A stretch of 64,000 bases of DNA from Octopus sinensis (Eukaryota), in NCBI RefSeq assembly GCF_006345805.1, contig NC_042997.1:202244001-202308000 (forward strand), given 5' to 3'. Below are positions 52,420-64,000 of the stretch, one piece after another; the first letter of the stretch is position 1, and each line of letters opens with the position of its first letter. The notes beneath the pieces were generated by a model, which saw only the letters and a program-made list of their open reading frames with translations, made no database searches and was not told where the DNA came from. The translations under genes and the position numbers were made by a program.

Positions 52420-53181
52420 TACCCTCTCTCTCACCTGACTGAGATTCACTGCAAGATTATTAAAAATAACATTTATAGAATCAGAAGAATAAAATCCATG
52501 CTAATAGTGTGATTAATTTTTGTATGAAATCATTTAAGTGAATTAATTAATCTTTTGTGCATCTTTTATGGGAAAAAAAAAAAAAGAAAGAAATGATTAG
52601 TATCTTTAATAAAGAATTAATTAAAGTCATAATGTTGCTAACCTTTTAAGTCTTTACAGATAAATTAAAAACTGAAACCAATTTCATTTTTATTATTATG
52701 TTCTTTTGTATTTCTACGTTAGAAATATAAAATTATATTTAATTTTTAAGAATTTGTTAGGTTATGAAACTCCAAAGAAAGTTGACAAATTGTGCAAAAA
52801 GAATTTTCGTCAATAAAATTTTCTGGGAAGTAATTTATATAATTGATGTCTAACATCTTATTGGGAAAATGACAGTTCATTAAAAATATGTTTAGTTTTA
52901 AATCATAGAAAACAGTCAACTGAAATACGTTGAGTTATTTTTTTTTTCTATTTCTTGCATAATCTTAAATAATTTTTAGTTAGATAATTCAAATCTTAAT
53001 AGATACATTAAATATCCATAATCTTTTTTTTCTTTTTTTTCCACCAATTCTCTGGTGTGTCTTCAAAACTTAATGTGAATGACATGGATGGGAAGGTCTT
53101 CATCATATTCATGGATGTAATCATAAATAGTTTCATGTATTTTTTTGTTTTTTTGTGCATGTGTGTATGTTAGCACAGAAT

Positions 53182-53598
53182 TCTTTCTAGTGGAAGCACA
53201 AGGCCTGAAATTTGGGGGACAGGATTAAGTCGATTACCTCGACCCCAGTGCGTAACTGGTACTTATTTAATCGACCCCGAAAGGATGAAAAACAAAGTCA
53301 ACCCTGACAAAATTTGAACTCAGAATGTAGCAACTGACAAAATACCTATTTCTTTACTACCCACAGGGGGACAAACAATTTCTTTACTACCCACAGGGGG
53401 ACAAACAAGGACAGACAAATGGATTAAGTCGATTATATCGACCCAAGTGTGTAACTGGTACTTGATTTATCAACCCCGAAAGGATGAAAGGCAAAGTCGA
53501 CCTCAGCAGAATTTGAACTCAGAAAGTAACAGCAGACGAAATACCGCTAAGCATTTCATCTGGTGTGCTAACAACTCTGCTAACTTGTCACCTTAGTA
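53182..53598 (-). mobile_element. Dimeric or self-nested SINE family C with 12-bp TSD
   Basis: TTAGCACAGAAT at 53170-53181 and 53599-53610; two Meta-like domains inside. Confidence 0.8.
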
Positions 53599-53786
53599 TT
53601 AGCACAGAATATATCATTTTAGTGGTGAGTGCATGTATGTGTGTGTTCCCAACTACATAGTCTTGGGTTCAGTCCCACTGTGCAGCACCTTGGGCAAGTG
53701 TCTTACTATAGCTCCACACCAACCAAAGCCTTTTGAGCATACATAGTAGATGGAAACTGAAAGAAGCCCATTTGTGTGTGTGTATG

Positions 53787-54051
53787 TAGATAGATGGATG
53801 GATGGATGGATGGACGGACCGACCGACGGACCGACCGACGGACGGACCGACCGACGGATGGATGGATGGACAGACAAACAGATAGATGGATGGATGGATG
53901 GACGGATGGACAGACAGATGGATTGACAGACAGATATATAGACAGAGAGATAGTTAGATAGACAGATAAGCAGATAAACAGACAGACAGATAGGCAGATA
54001 AACAGATAGACAGACAGACAGATAGATAGATAGATAGGCAGGCAGGCAGGC
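53787..54051. repeat. Compound tetranucleotide microsatellite (GATA/GATG/GACG/GACC/GACA/GGCA)
   Basis: Direct inspection; lies in the middle of a SINE A copy starting at ~53645. Confidence 0.95.
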
Positions 54052-54699
54052 ATCCTCGTGGCCAAACAGATTTTTCACAGAAGACTGGAAACAATCACTT
54101 GCATGAAGGTGATTCTTCTTTACAAGAATCACTTGGTATCAAGGCAAAGTTACATACACATACACTTGTGCGTGTGTGCATTTGAATTTAGAAGCAAAAG
54201 AGAAAAATGACTCGATACCGAAGGAGAGTGTAATTATTTGTTGTAGTTTCTCCTTTTTTATTGTGTGTTGCTACACATTCTGAGATGAGTGAAGAATCAC
54301 ACAATAAGGTTAATCTCTAACAGCAAAGATTAATCTTAGCACTATACTGAATGTGAGATACAAGACATTGTAAGTGCTACCTTGAGATTAAAAACAAAAA
54401 AGAAAAGCAGAACACTTCGATGGCGCTCAAACATTGTATCAACCACTTTCTGGATGACCATATTACGGATTACACCATTTGTTACCTGCCGTATTACTTA
54501 ACCAGATTAGTTTATAAATATTCTGTTAATATAAACTAACTCCGAGAAAAATATAAGTCAGGGCATTCAAGTAAAAGTAACTTGTGGTATTTATTCCACC
54601 CGAGTAATGCAAGGATGTTACTCTTGCCATCAGAAATGTGATAAACCAATGAAAGACCCATTCATTAGAAACTGTCGCTAGCAACACTATTCTTGTATT

Positions 54700-54912
54700 C
54701 CTTTATTTGTTTCAGTCATTTGACTGCGGCCATGCTGGAGTACCGCCCTTAGTCAAACAAATTGACCCCCAGGACTTATTCTTTGTAAGCCTTGCATTTA
54801 TTCTGTTGCGCTATTTTGCTGAACTGCTAAGTTACAGGGACGTAAACACACCAACATTGGTTGTTAAGCGACAAGGTGGGAGGACAAACAGACACAAACA
54901 TATACATATATT

Positions 54913-54944
<32 letters not shown>

Positions 54945-55310
54945 TACGGAGATGTACTTGCATAGCAAGTGACTTGATCTGAGATCATGTGCTGGAACGA
55001 AAACAATTGCAGCTTGGAAGGTGTTTATAAGCCATTTAAGAAATACACAAAACCGTGAGATTCACTTCAACATTTAAATTTAATTTCTCAAAATATTTTC
55101 TCAAAGCAACGAAAATATTTTGACAAATTATATATATATATACACACACACGACAGGCCTCTTTCAGTTTCTGCCTATCCACTCACAAGGCTTTGGTTGG
55201 CCCAAGGCTATAGTGGAAGACACTTGCCCAAGGTACCGCACAGTGGGGCTGAACCCAGAACCATGTGGTGGGGAAGCTGGCTTCTTACCACACAGCCACA
55301 CCTGCGCCTG
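54700..55310 (-). mobile_element. SINE family A with a ~185-bp insertion in its (TA)n
   Basis: SINE halves 54700-54905 and 55140-55310 flank non-SINE sequence at 54945-55130. Confidence 0.8.
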
Positions 55311-55574
55311 TTTTTAAAATGTATTATATGCACACATATATATGTATGGTCCTGGCATCTGATGAGATGGGTGTGTGCTACAGTAGACTTGTGAGCTACA
55401 TGGTAACCTGAAATAGGGCCATTGGCATGAGAAAAGCACCCAGTACCCTCTATAAAGTAGTTACTGTTAGGAAGGGCATCCAGCTGTAGAAACCATTCCA
55501 AAACAGACTATGAAGCATGATGCAGACTTTCCAACACATGCTAGCATGGAACATGGAAGCTAAGTGATGATGAT

Positions 55575-55958
55575 ACTCCTTTACTTGTTTCAGTCATTTG
55601 ACTGTGGCCATGCTGGAGCACCACCTTTAGTCAGGTAAATCAACCCCAGAACTTATTCTTTGTAAGCCTAGTACTTATTGTATTGGTCTCTTTTGCCAAA
55701 CTGCTGAGTAACACACCAGCATCAGTTGTCAAGCGATGTTGGGGTGACAAACACAAACACACACACACACACACATATATATACATACATATATACAATG
55801 GGCTTCTTTCAGTTTCCGCCTACCAAATCCACTCACAAGGCTTTGGTCAACCCGAGGCTATAGTAGAAGACACTTGCCCATGGTGCCACGCAGTAGGACT
55901 GAACCCAGAACCATGTGGTTCGTAAGCAAGCTACTTACCACACAGCCATTCCTACGCC
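55575..55958 (-). mobile_element. SINE family A
   Basis: Colinear with the 4745-5110 copy. Confidence 0.85.
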
Positions 55959-57201
55959 TATACGTAACTTCTACCAAATATGTTGAGCGTCACTTGCTTT
56001 CATTTGTTCACTCACTTCTGTATGCGCGCGTGTGTGCATGTGAGTGTGTGTGCGCACTCACATGTGTATGTGTGTAGACAGAGAGACGGTCGAGTAAGCT
56101 AAGTCCTTTTACACAACATAACTTTACTTTGACTTTTATAAACTCTTAATATGTGAGAACTCTTCACTTTAGCATGAAAATATTTTTAAAGTTTGGGTTA
56201 CATCATAGAATTTCTTGCATGTTCCAAAGTAAGTTTCAACATGGATTAAAAATGGTAATATATTCCTGCAAAAAGAAAAGCTTTATTTCACCATTGTTCT
56301 TCTGAGAGTCTTTTTTTTCTCTCTCATTTTTAACTGAACCAAAAAGACTATCTCTATAGGAATAGGTTTAAATTTTTCCCTATGAATTTCAAGAATATTG
56401 TAATATTCTTGTCTTTGTTTCTTGTGCCTGAATAATCTTTTATATGTGTGACTAAGTGAAGCACATAATTCAGATGGTTACAAGTTATCTTCAACATATT
56501 TAGTTCTGTTGAAAATAAGAATTATTTTTGCCCTAGAGATAACAGAAATTTTATACTTTCTAGGCATATACTTAGATTCCATATTACAACTTAACATAAC
56601 TAAAAACTTTTTCTTTTCGGGTTTGTTTTTGTTTAGGTTTTTATTCTTTCTTTCTGTCTTTTTGTTGTTTTTTTAAATAACATTTTAGGTGTCATATTCT
56701 TCGTAACAAAACACTTTTACAATTACATCTCCGAAACTAAGAAAAAGCAACAAATATTTCTAAATGAACGAAAGCTCTTTCATAATGTTATGAAACAGCC
56801 TTGTGAAATTTGATGTTTCAAAACATCCCTTGGTTAAAAACTGAATCCTTCCAATGCTTTTTTTTTGTTTTGTTTTGTTTTTTTTTTTGCAAACAATTCA
56901 ATGTTGTTGGTAAGTAAACAAACCATACAGCTTCAAAATAAAAAAAAAAATTCCTTCTTTTTAAAGTATTCTTTTACTCTTGTATTTCAAATTAGCCAAC
57001 AACTCATATATTTCCAAAACTAGATATATATTCTTCTATTGTTTTTTTTATTTCAATTCTCTTTGCAGTCGTTTTTTTTTTTTTTTGTAGGAAAAGCATA
57101 TTAGAGTTGATTTTCTCCCTTGTTGTTTTCTTACAATGTGTGTGTGTGTGTGTGTGTTTATTTTATTGATCCACATTGTTAAGTCTATTATTAGCTGTTT
57201 T

Positions 57202-57232
<31 letters not shown>

Positions 57233-57418
57233 TTATTGATGTTTCCCAGCACTTTGCATTGATGAATTCTACCTTCTGGTGTGTCCAAACGCATACACAT
57301 GTGTGTGTATGTGTATGGATATGGATATATATATATATATATATATATATAAATGTATATATAAAACAAAGTGAAGTTGTAAGGTACCGCACGAGTGGAA
57401 TTTTATATATATATATAT

Positions 57419-57449
<31 letters not shown>

Positions 57450-57974
57450 CATATACATATGTATGTGTATATATGTGTTTACATGCATGTGTGTGTGTGT
57501 GTGTGTACCCACCCCCTGTATATAGTCTTATTTCCTAAATATCCTACCTCACACTTATTATCAAACATTAGGTTTTGAAGTGATAACCATGCTCACTAAT
57601 TATATTAAATAATAGATAAATTTAATTTATCAGAATATCTTGTATCAGACTCTTAATATTAATAATAATAAAAAAGAAAAGAAAATGATGTGAATGCAAT
57701 ACATAAAATTAATTATAGCTTTGAATTATAAATCGCAGGATTTATTGATCTGATTAAATATTGATTTGTATGGATATTTTGTTTACTTTTGTCACACATG
57801 AAATCAAAATGATAATATAGCTTTCAACTCCACTTCTCTGACATAGCTAATTTTATTGGAGAAAGTATGATTGTCACAACATCCCATACTGTAGGGGCTC
57901 CATCAGCTTATCTTGACTGCATTTGCACTAGTGTGTGAGGTAAGAATTTTTTTTTTTTTGAGGAAGTCTAAATG

Positions 57975-58400
57975 ACATGGCTGTGTGGTTAAGAAGCTGA
58001 CTTCACAACCATGTGGTTCTGGGTTCAGTCCCACTGCAACATGGTTGTGTGGTTATGAAGCTGACTTAGCAACCATGTGGTTGTAGGTTCAGTCCTACTG
58101 CATGACACCTCAAGCAAGTATCTTCTGTAGCTCCAGGCCAAAGAATTCCTTGTAAGTAAATTTAGTAGGTGGAAACTGTGGACACCCATCATGCAGATAT
58201 GTGTATGTCTTTGTGTCTGTGTTTTCCCCCACCCCCACAGCTTGGCACATGCTGTTGGTTCATTTATATCCCCATGAACTAACAGTTCAGGGAAAAGAGA
58301 CAGATAGACTAAGTGCTCAGGTCAATTTGTTTGATTAGGCCTTTCAGAGTGACACTCCAGCATGGCCAGAGTTCAGTGACTGAAACAAGTAAAAGATAAA
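57975..58400 (+). mobile_element. SINE family A with tandemly duplicated 64-bp tRNA head
   Basis: ACATGG(C/T)TGTGTGGTTA..AAGCTGACTT..CAACCATGTGGTT..GGTTCAGTCC.ACTGCA occurs twice. Confidence 0.75.
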
Positions 58401-59998
58401 ATGCAAGTCTCCCCCTCTTCCCTCCCTCAACCACCAAAGTTTATTCAAGAGAAAGGCCACTGACTTGGGCCAATTCTGCTTGGCACCAATGTCAGAATAT
58501 AATATAAAGAGCTACGACAGATTATACTGCAAGGCATCCTACCCAATCCTCTAAAAATCCCCTTCAGCTAATCCTTTTCACTCAATCTACTATCCAGGAT
58601 TAATACTTTTTTTTTTATCAAATCTGAAAGAGTGAAAGGCAGAGTTGACCATAGCAGGATTTGATCTCAGAGCACAGAGAGTCGAAAGAAATACCATAAG
58701 GCATTTTATCTAGCACTTGTATTAGTCATATCTTTTTATGTTTTATTTGTTTCAGTCATTAGACATTGGCCATGCTGGTGCACTGCCTTGAAGACTTTTT
58801 GAATTGGTGAATTGACCCCAGGACATTTTTTCGTTTTTGTAAAACCTGGTCCTTATTGTATCAGTCACTTTTGCTGGACTGTTTAGTTACAAGGATGTAA
58901 ATACACACACACACACACACACACACATATATTTGTGTGACTTTGTGTCTGTGTTTGTCTTCCACCACCACTTAACAACCTGTGATGATGTGTTTATGTC
59001 CCTATAACTTAGTGGTTCACCCTTAAAAAAAAAGATAAGTACTGGGATCAGTTCATTCAACTAAAAATTCCTCAAGGCAGTGCCCCAGCATGGCTGCAAT
59101 CCAATGACTGGAGCAAGCAAAAGATAAAGCATTATCTCCATAAAGACACCATTACCAGCTGCTTAACTTCCCTAAAGCTACACCAATGACCATATATATA
59201 AAATAGGGGGCATTTTTAGCCACACCCTGTATTGCAGTAAAGTTGTATGCAGCAACATTTGATCCAAAAATTATTTAGATTTCAGTAAATGTTTTCTTTT
59301 AATGTCCATTGCAGATTAGTTTGTAAAAGTTGAGAAGATTTAAACCAATCCAAATCCTTACATTATACGTTGGGAGAATTCTTCACTGCTATGCATACTA
59401 AGCATTTTTTCCAATTGAGTACAGTTTTAATTCCAGCTTATTTTATAACACCTGGGAACTGTGTATGAGTGTGTGTGTGTGTGTGTATGTGTTTGTGTGT
59501 GCGTATGTGTTTGTGTGTGTTGTGTGTGTGTTTGTCTATGTGTGAAGGTACGGCTGTCCCTTGCTCAATGTACTTAATTAATCTCCCAATATTCCATCAT
59601 ATATCAAAGCCATGTCATTCAAATTTAATAACCATTGAGAATAATTATAATTATTAATCCTGAAAAATAGAATTTAAAAAAAAAAAAAAACCAGTCAGGA
59701 ATTAGTGTAAATCATTTATTTTCAGAGAAAAACCCATCAAGACCCAAATGAACAGTTTAAATGGGGAAAACGCTGTCAGCTTGGCTGGTCACTCACAGCT
59801 GTTTGAATGCCGTTTTTGAAATACAGAAATCAAATTTTATACTCAGTAAATTAAGAAGTAGTTAAAATAATTTTAATTGCAGTAATTAAAACTGCATTCA
59901 TGAACAATCACAGTAAGCAAGAGATAACTGCAGACATGTATGTGTGTGCGCATGCATATGCATTCTGCATATTCCTGAAGTGGTTATGTAAACATGCA

Positions 59999-60340
59999 TG
60001 GAGGCGCAATGGCCCAGTGGTTAGGGCTGCAGACTCCCAGTTGTAGGATCGTGGTTTCAATTCCCAGACCGGGTGTTGTGAGTGTTTATTGAGCGAAAAC
60101 ACCAAAAGATCCACAAGGCTCCAGCAGGGGGTGGTGGTGAACCCTGCTGTACACTTTTGCTACAACTTTCTCTCACTCTTTCTTCTTGTTTCTGTTGTAC
60201 CCTTATGTCAAAGAGCCAGCTTTGTCACACTCTGTGTCTCGCTGAATCTCCCCGAAAACTACGTTAAGGGTACATATGTCTGTGGAGTGCTCAGCCATTT
60301 GCATGTTTATTTCATGAGCAGGCTGTTCTGTTGATCAGAT
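59999..60340 (+). mobile_element. tRNA-derived SINE family D
   Basis: A box TGGCCCAGTGG and B-box-like GGTTTCAATTCC; 3' part is shared with 60630-60940 minus. Confidence 0.7.
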
Positions 60341-60629
60341 GTAAACATGTGAGTTCTTGTAAGAAAGGTATTTTGAAGTTACACACACACACATATATAT
60401 ACAAACATACATATAGACATGAGTGTGTGTGTTATGAAAGGTATCCAGCCATAGAAACTATGTCAAAGCTGACACTGAAGCTCACTGTAGTCTTGTGGAT
60501 CACTGGATCCTATCAAAGTAATCAATGCCATGGGCCAGCATGCAAAAACAATTGTTAAATGATGATGATGATGATACATATATTTACATGCACACATGTA
60601 TCTACATAGGTATACATACATTATGTCTA

Positions 60630-60940
60630 AAACTGGCTCCTCTTTGTCAATTACAATGAGGGTTCCAATTGATCCAATCAATGGAACAGCCTGCTCATCA
60701 AATTCACATGCAAGTGGCTGAGCACTCCACAGACCCATGTACCCTTAACTTAGTTCTCAGGGAGATTCAGCATGACACAGAATGTGACAAGGCTTTTTGA
60801 ATTAAAGGTACAACTCATTTTTGCCAGCTGAGTAGACTGGATAGTACCTAAAGAACACATTGCACTGCCAGGAATTGAACCCACAACCTGATGGTCATGA
60901 TCGAAATACCCAAACCACTAAACCATGCATCTTCACATTA
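60630..60940 (-). mobile_element. tRNA-derived SINE sharing the family D 3' tail
   Basis: Minus: TGGTTTAGTGG...GGGTTCAATTCC head; tail GTCTGTGGAGTGCTCAGCCACTTGCATG..GAGCAGGCTGTTCC. Confidence 0.7.
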
Positions 60941-60959
60941 TGTCTATATATATATATAT

Positions 60960-61129
60960 ATCATCATCATCATCGTCGTCGTTTAACGTCCGTTCTCCAT
61001 GCTAGCATGGGTTGGACGGTTCGACCGGGGTTCTGGGAAGCCAGAAGGCTGCACCAGGCTCCAGTCTAATCTGGCAATGTTTCTACAGCTGGATGCCCTT
61101 CCTAACGCCAACCACTCCGTGAGTGTAGA

Positions 61130-61130
<1 letters not shown>
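60960..61130 (-). mobile_element. RTE 3'-UTR fragment (family B)
   Basis: (CAT)n tail plus conserved UTR end. Confidence 0.85.
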
Positions 61131-61168
<38 letters not shown>

Positions 61169-61329
61169 TGAGAAAGTTGGTGTGTGAAAGCACGTGGTTG
61201 AATATATAGAAAATAGTAAAAAGTGAAAAAACTACAGAAGGCTTGTTTTAAAAGGTTAAAAAATATATATTTGAGTCATTATGTCTGAAGAATGTTATAA
61301 ATTTTTTTCATACAATGACATAGTTTTTG

Positions 61330-61369
61330 AAGAAATGACCGGTTTCGCTTTCAGCTTTTCAAATTTCTT
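61330..61369 (-). ncRNA. Minimal type-I hammerhead ribozyme with U3-A8 core variant
   Basis: Minus: AAGAAAT-TTGAAAA-GCT-GAA-AGC-GAAA-CCG-GTC-ATTTCTT; perfect 7-bp stem I, 3-bp stem II, palindromic ACCGGT stem III, GUC triplet. Confidence 0.75.
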
Positions 61370-61752
61370 ACATCGTTATGTTTACAAAGAATATATATAT
61401 ATATATGCTGAGAAAGAGTGACAGGAGAGGATTATCAACAGCAGTAGATTGGTAAGATTTTTAGAGCAACACAGAAAATTCTGAGTTCAAATCCTACGAA
61501 GGTCATTAATTATCTTTGCCTTTCATAATAATATATCACAAATTTGTTACACTTAATCCATGTTCAGTTTATCACCAACACCTGACCCTTTCTTGAGCAC
61601 TCCATTCTGTTTGTTGCCAGCATTTGGCTTAGATCTTTGGTATCAGGATAAATTCCTGATGTCATCTTATCAATCTTGAAATTCCTGTGAAAAGGTCTCA
61701 GGTGCTGATCTTTTTTGGCAGACTAAAGTATACGAAAAAATAGGAAATGGTT

Positions 61753-62380
61753 TATTCTTTTATTTGTTTCAGTCGTTTGACTGCGACCATGCTGGAGCAC
61801 CACCTTTAGTCGAACAAATCAACCCCAGAACTTATTCTTTGTAAGCCTAGTGCTTATTCTATCAGTATCTTTTGCCAAACCGCTAAGTTATAAGGATATA
61901 AACACATCAACATCAGTTGTCAGGTGATGGTAGAGGGGCACAAACACAGAAACATATATATATATATATATATATATTTAATAATAAATATTAGGGAATA
62001 TGACTGCGACTCAAAAATTTGAAGATGTTAGCAGGCATGAAACGATCGTAGTGTGATATTAATTATATTTTTTTAATAATTTTGTTATATATTTAAATAA
62101 TATAAATTAATCATATGTATTGGCTTAAGTTTTTCGTTGTTTGATTTGCCTAATAGTGGTTTTGTCTCTAATTTAATATAATATATATATATATATTTAT
62201 ATATATAGCTATAGATATGATGGGCTTCTTTCAGTTTCCATCTACCAGATCCTCTCACAAGGTTTTGGCCAGCCCAAGGCTATAGTAGAAAACACTTGCC
62301 TAAGGTACCACGCAATGGGACTGAACCCGGAACCATGTGGTTGGTAAGCAATCTACTTATTACACAGCCGCTCCTGCGCC
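61753..62380 (-). mobile_element. SINE family A with a ~200-bp insertion in its (TA)n
   Basis: SINE halves 61753-61955 and 62215-62380. Confidence 0.8.
62019..62056 (+). ncRNA. Degenerate hammerhead-like motif
   Basis: TTGAAGA-TGTTAGCAGGCAT-GAAAC-GATC-GTA; palindromic stem III ACGATCGT; stem I partner missing. Confidence 0.45.
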
Positions 62381-62931
62381 TTTGATCACCTATATTCCAC
62401 AAAACCATCTCTAAACTGTGGATCTGTGCCAGTGTTCAGCTGAAATAAACATCAGAGATGCTTTGCCCCATACTGAAACTGCAGGAGCTATTCAGCCATT
62501 TTGCAAGCTGGAAAGCCTTCTGTATTACCACCAGGTATCTCAGGGTCACAAGTGTTTCACTCCTTAGCCTGAGCACACACACACATTATATACTTATATG
62601 TGTGTGCATGCCTTTTTGTTTCCAATTAACGAGACATGTCACCTGTAGACATCAAGCAGAACATTTTAAAGAAAGTAATTACTGCACAACTATAAATTTA
62701 ATTAGGTCAGCTATCTGACCCTACCATGGTGGCATTCTGACCCAGTTTTGATCATACTGGTGACAAATGTTCTTTCAAAATGCAGAAACTCTAAAAGTTT
62801 GGAGATGGTCATTAATTATATTGATATTACCAATATTTGATGTCCTATTTGTAATTAATTATAAACAGCTGAAATTAGCTTGTGTATATAATAGCTAATC
62901 CCAGCTAATGTATACTAATTATACTCTGTAT

Positions 62932-63280
62932 AGGCATAGGCATGGCTATGTGGTTATACAACTTGCTTAGCAATCATATGGTTTGGGGTTCAGTCCCATT
63001 GCACAGCACCTCAGGTATGTGTCTTCTACTATGCCCCTGGGTTGCCCAGTGCCTTTGAATTTGGCAGACAGAAACTGTGGAACCCCATCATATATGTATA
63101 ATGTGTGTGCGTTTGTGTCTATCTGTCTGTCTTTGTTTGTGTCCTCCATCTTGACAACCAGTACTGGTTTGTTTACATCCACACAGCTTAGCAAAAGAGA
63201 TTAACGGAATAAGTAAGCTAAACTCTTCAAGGTGGTGCCCCAGCATGGCCACAGTCCAATGTCTGAAGTAAATAAAGAAG
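62932..63280 (+). mobile_element. Degenerate SINE family A
   Basis: A/B boxes and GGTGGTGCCCCAGCATGGCCACAGTC tail. Confidence 0.75.
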
Positions 63281-63374
63281 AAAATATCTTGTGATATTTT
63301 TCCAGGGAAAGCTGTTTAATTAAAAATGCAAAACTTTCTTTAATGAACTGTATTATGTCTTTTGTCTCATTTTC

Positions 63375-63768
63375 CTTGTTTCAGTCACTGAATTGTGACC
63401 ATGCTGGGGCACTGCCTTGAAGGGTTCAGTCAAGCAAACTGACCCCAGTAGTCTTTTTTTTTTAAGTCTGATACTTGTTTTCTCACTCTTTTTTGCTGAA
63501 TTAATCAGTTACAGGGATGTAAACAAACCAATGTCAGTTGTCATATAGCGGGGGGTGACAAGCATAAATAAAAAGACTCTTGCACACACACACACACACA
63601 TGATGGGCTTCTGCAAAGTTTCTGCCTACCAAATTCACTAACAAGGTATTTCTTGACTTGGGACTATCGTAAAAAAAAGCACTTACTCCAGGTGCTATTC
63701 AGTGGGATTGAACCCAGGATGATGTGATTGCAAAACATGCTTCTTAACCACACAGCCATTCCTGTGCT
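63375..63768 (-). mobile_element. Degenerate SINE family A
   Basis: Tail TTTCAGTCACTGAATTGTGACCATGCTGGGGCAC; head ACCACACAGCCATTCCTGTGC. Confidence 0.75.
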
Positions 63769-64000
63769 TTTGCACATTAAAGATGGAGCAGCTTCACAAT
63801 CACTCAACTTGCTAGAAATTGCAACCATATCTCCTTTAAATCACACTCTGTTGAACTAGAAATTGAAGGGGACATTGGATAACAATCTTTTTCTGCCCCC
63901 TATGTTTGGAGAGAATGAGATGAGAACAATTGGAACACCTTTTTATCATATACCTGCTCATTATATTTATTTAGTTCCATCCCAGATACATTCCTTAATG

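Noticed and set aside
54507-54630. AT-rich inverted repeat and a possible decayed Helitron end
   Set aside because: Low complexity; no CTAG terminus or intact hairpin
60000-60075. Possible tRNA gene
   Set aside because: No clean cloverleaf, and it continues into a SINE body; the same holds for the other A/B-box heads

Overview
AT-rich, repeat-saturated eukaryotic non-coding DNA. It is most likely intronic or intergenic sequence of a coleoid cephalopod (Octopus-like), inferred from the SINE repertoire and extreme microsatellite load. No intact host gene is evident: almost all ORFs in the track are microsatellite or SINE artefacts, and only one or two weak candidate micro-exons were seen. The window holds several tRNA-derived SINE families, many RTE-clade LINE 3' ends, a full-span but decayed Tc1 element with DD36E spacing, a mariner relic, a stack of R4/Dong-type elements in a (TAA)n tract, a non-autonomous Helitron, and piggyBac-type and hAT-type MITEs. 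The main finding is a set of at least five unrelated short elements carrying minimal type-I hammerhead ribozyme motifs with palindromic stem III (Penelope-type), mostly sitting in microsatellites. These include a ~430-bp foldback of two head-to-head tRNA-headed hammerhead units (9467-9927) and a 40-nt hammerhead with a compensatory U3-A8 core (61330-61369). All structures were folded by eye, no searches were run, and boundaries of old repeats are approximate.
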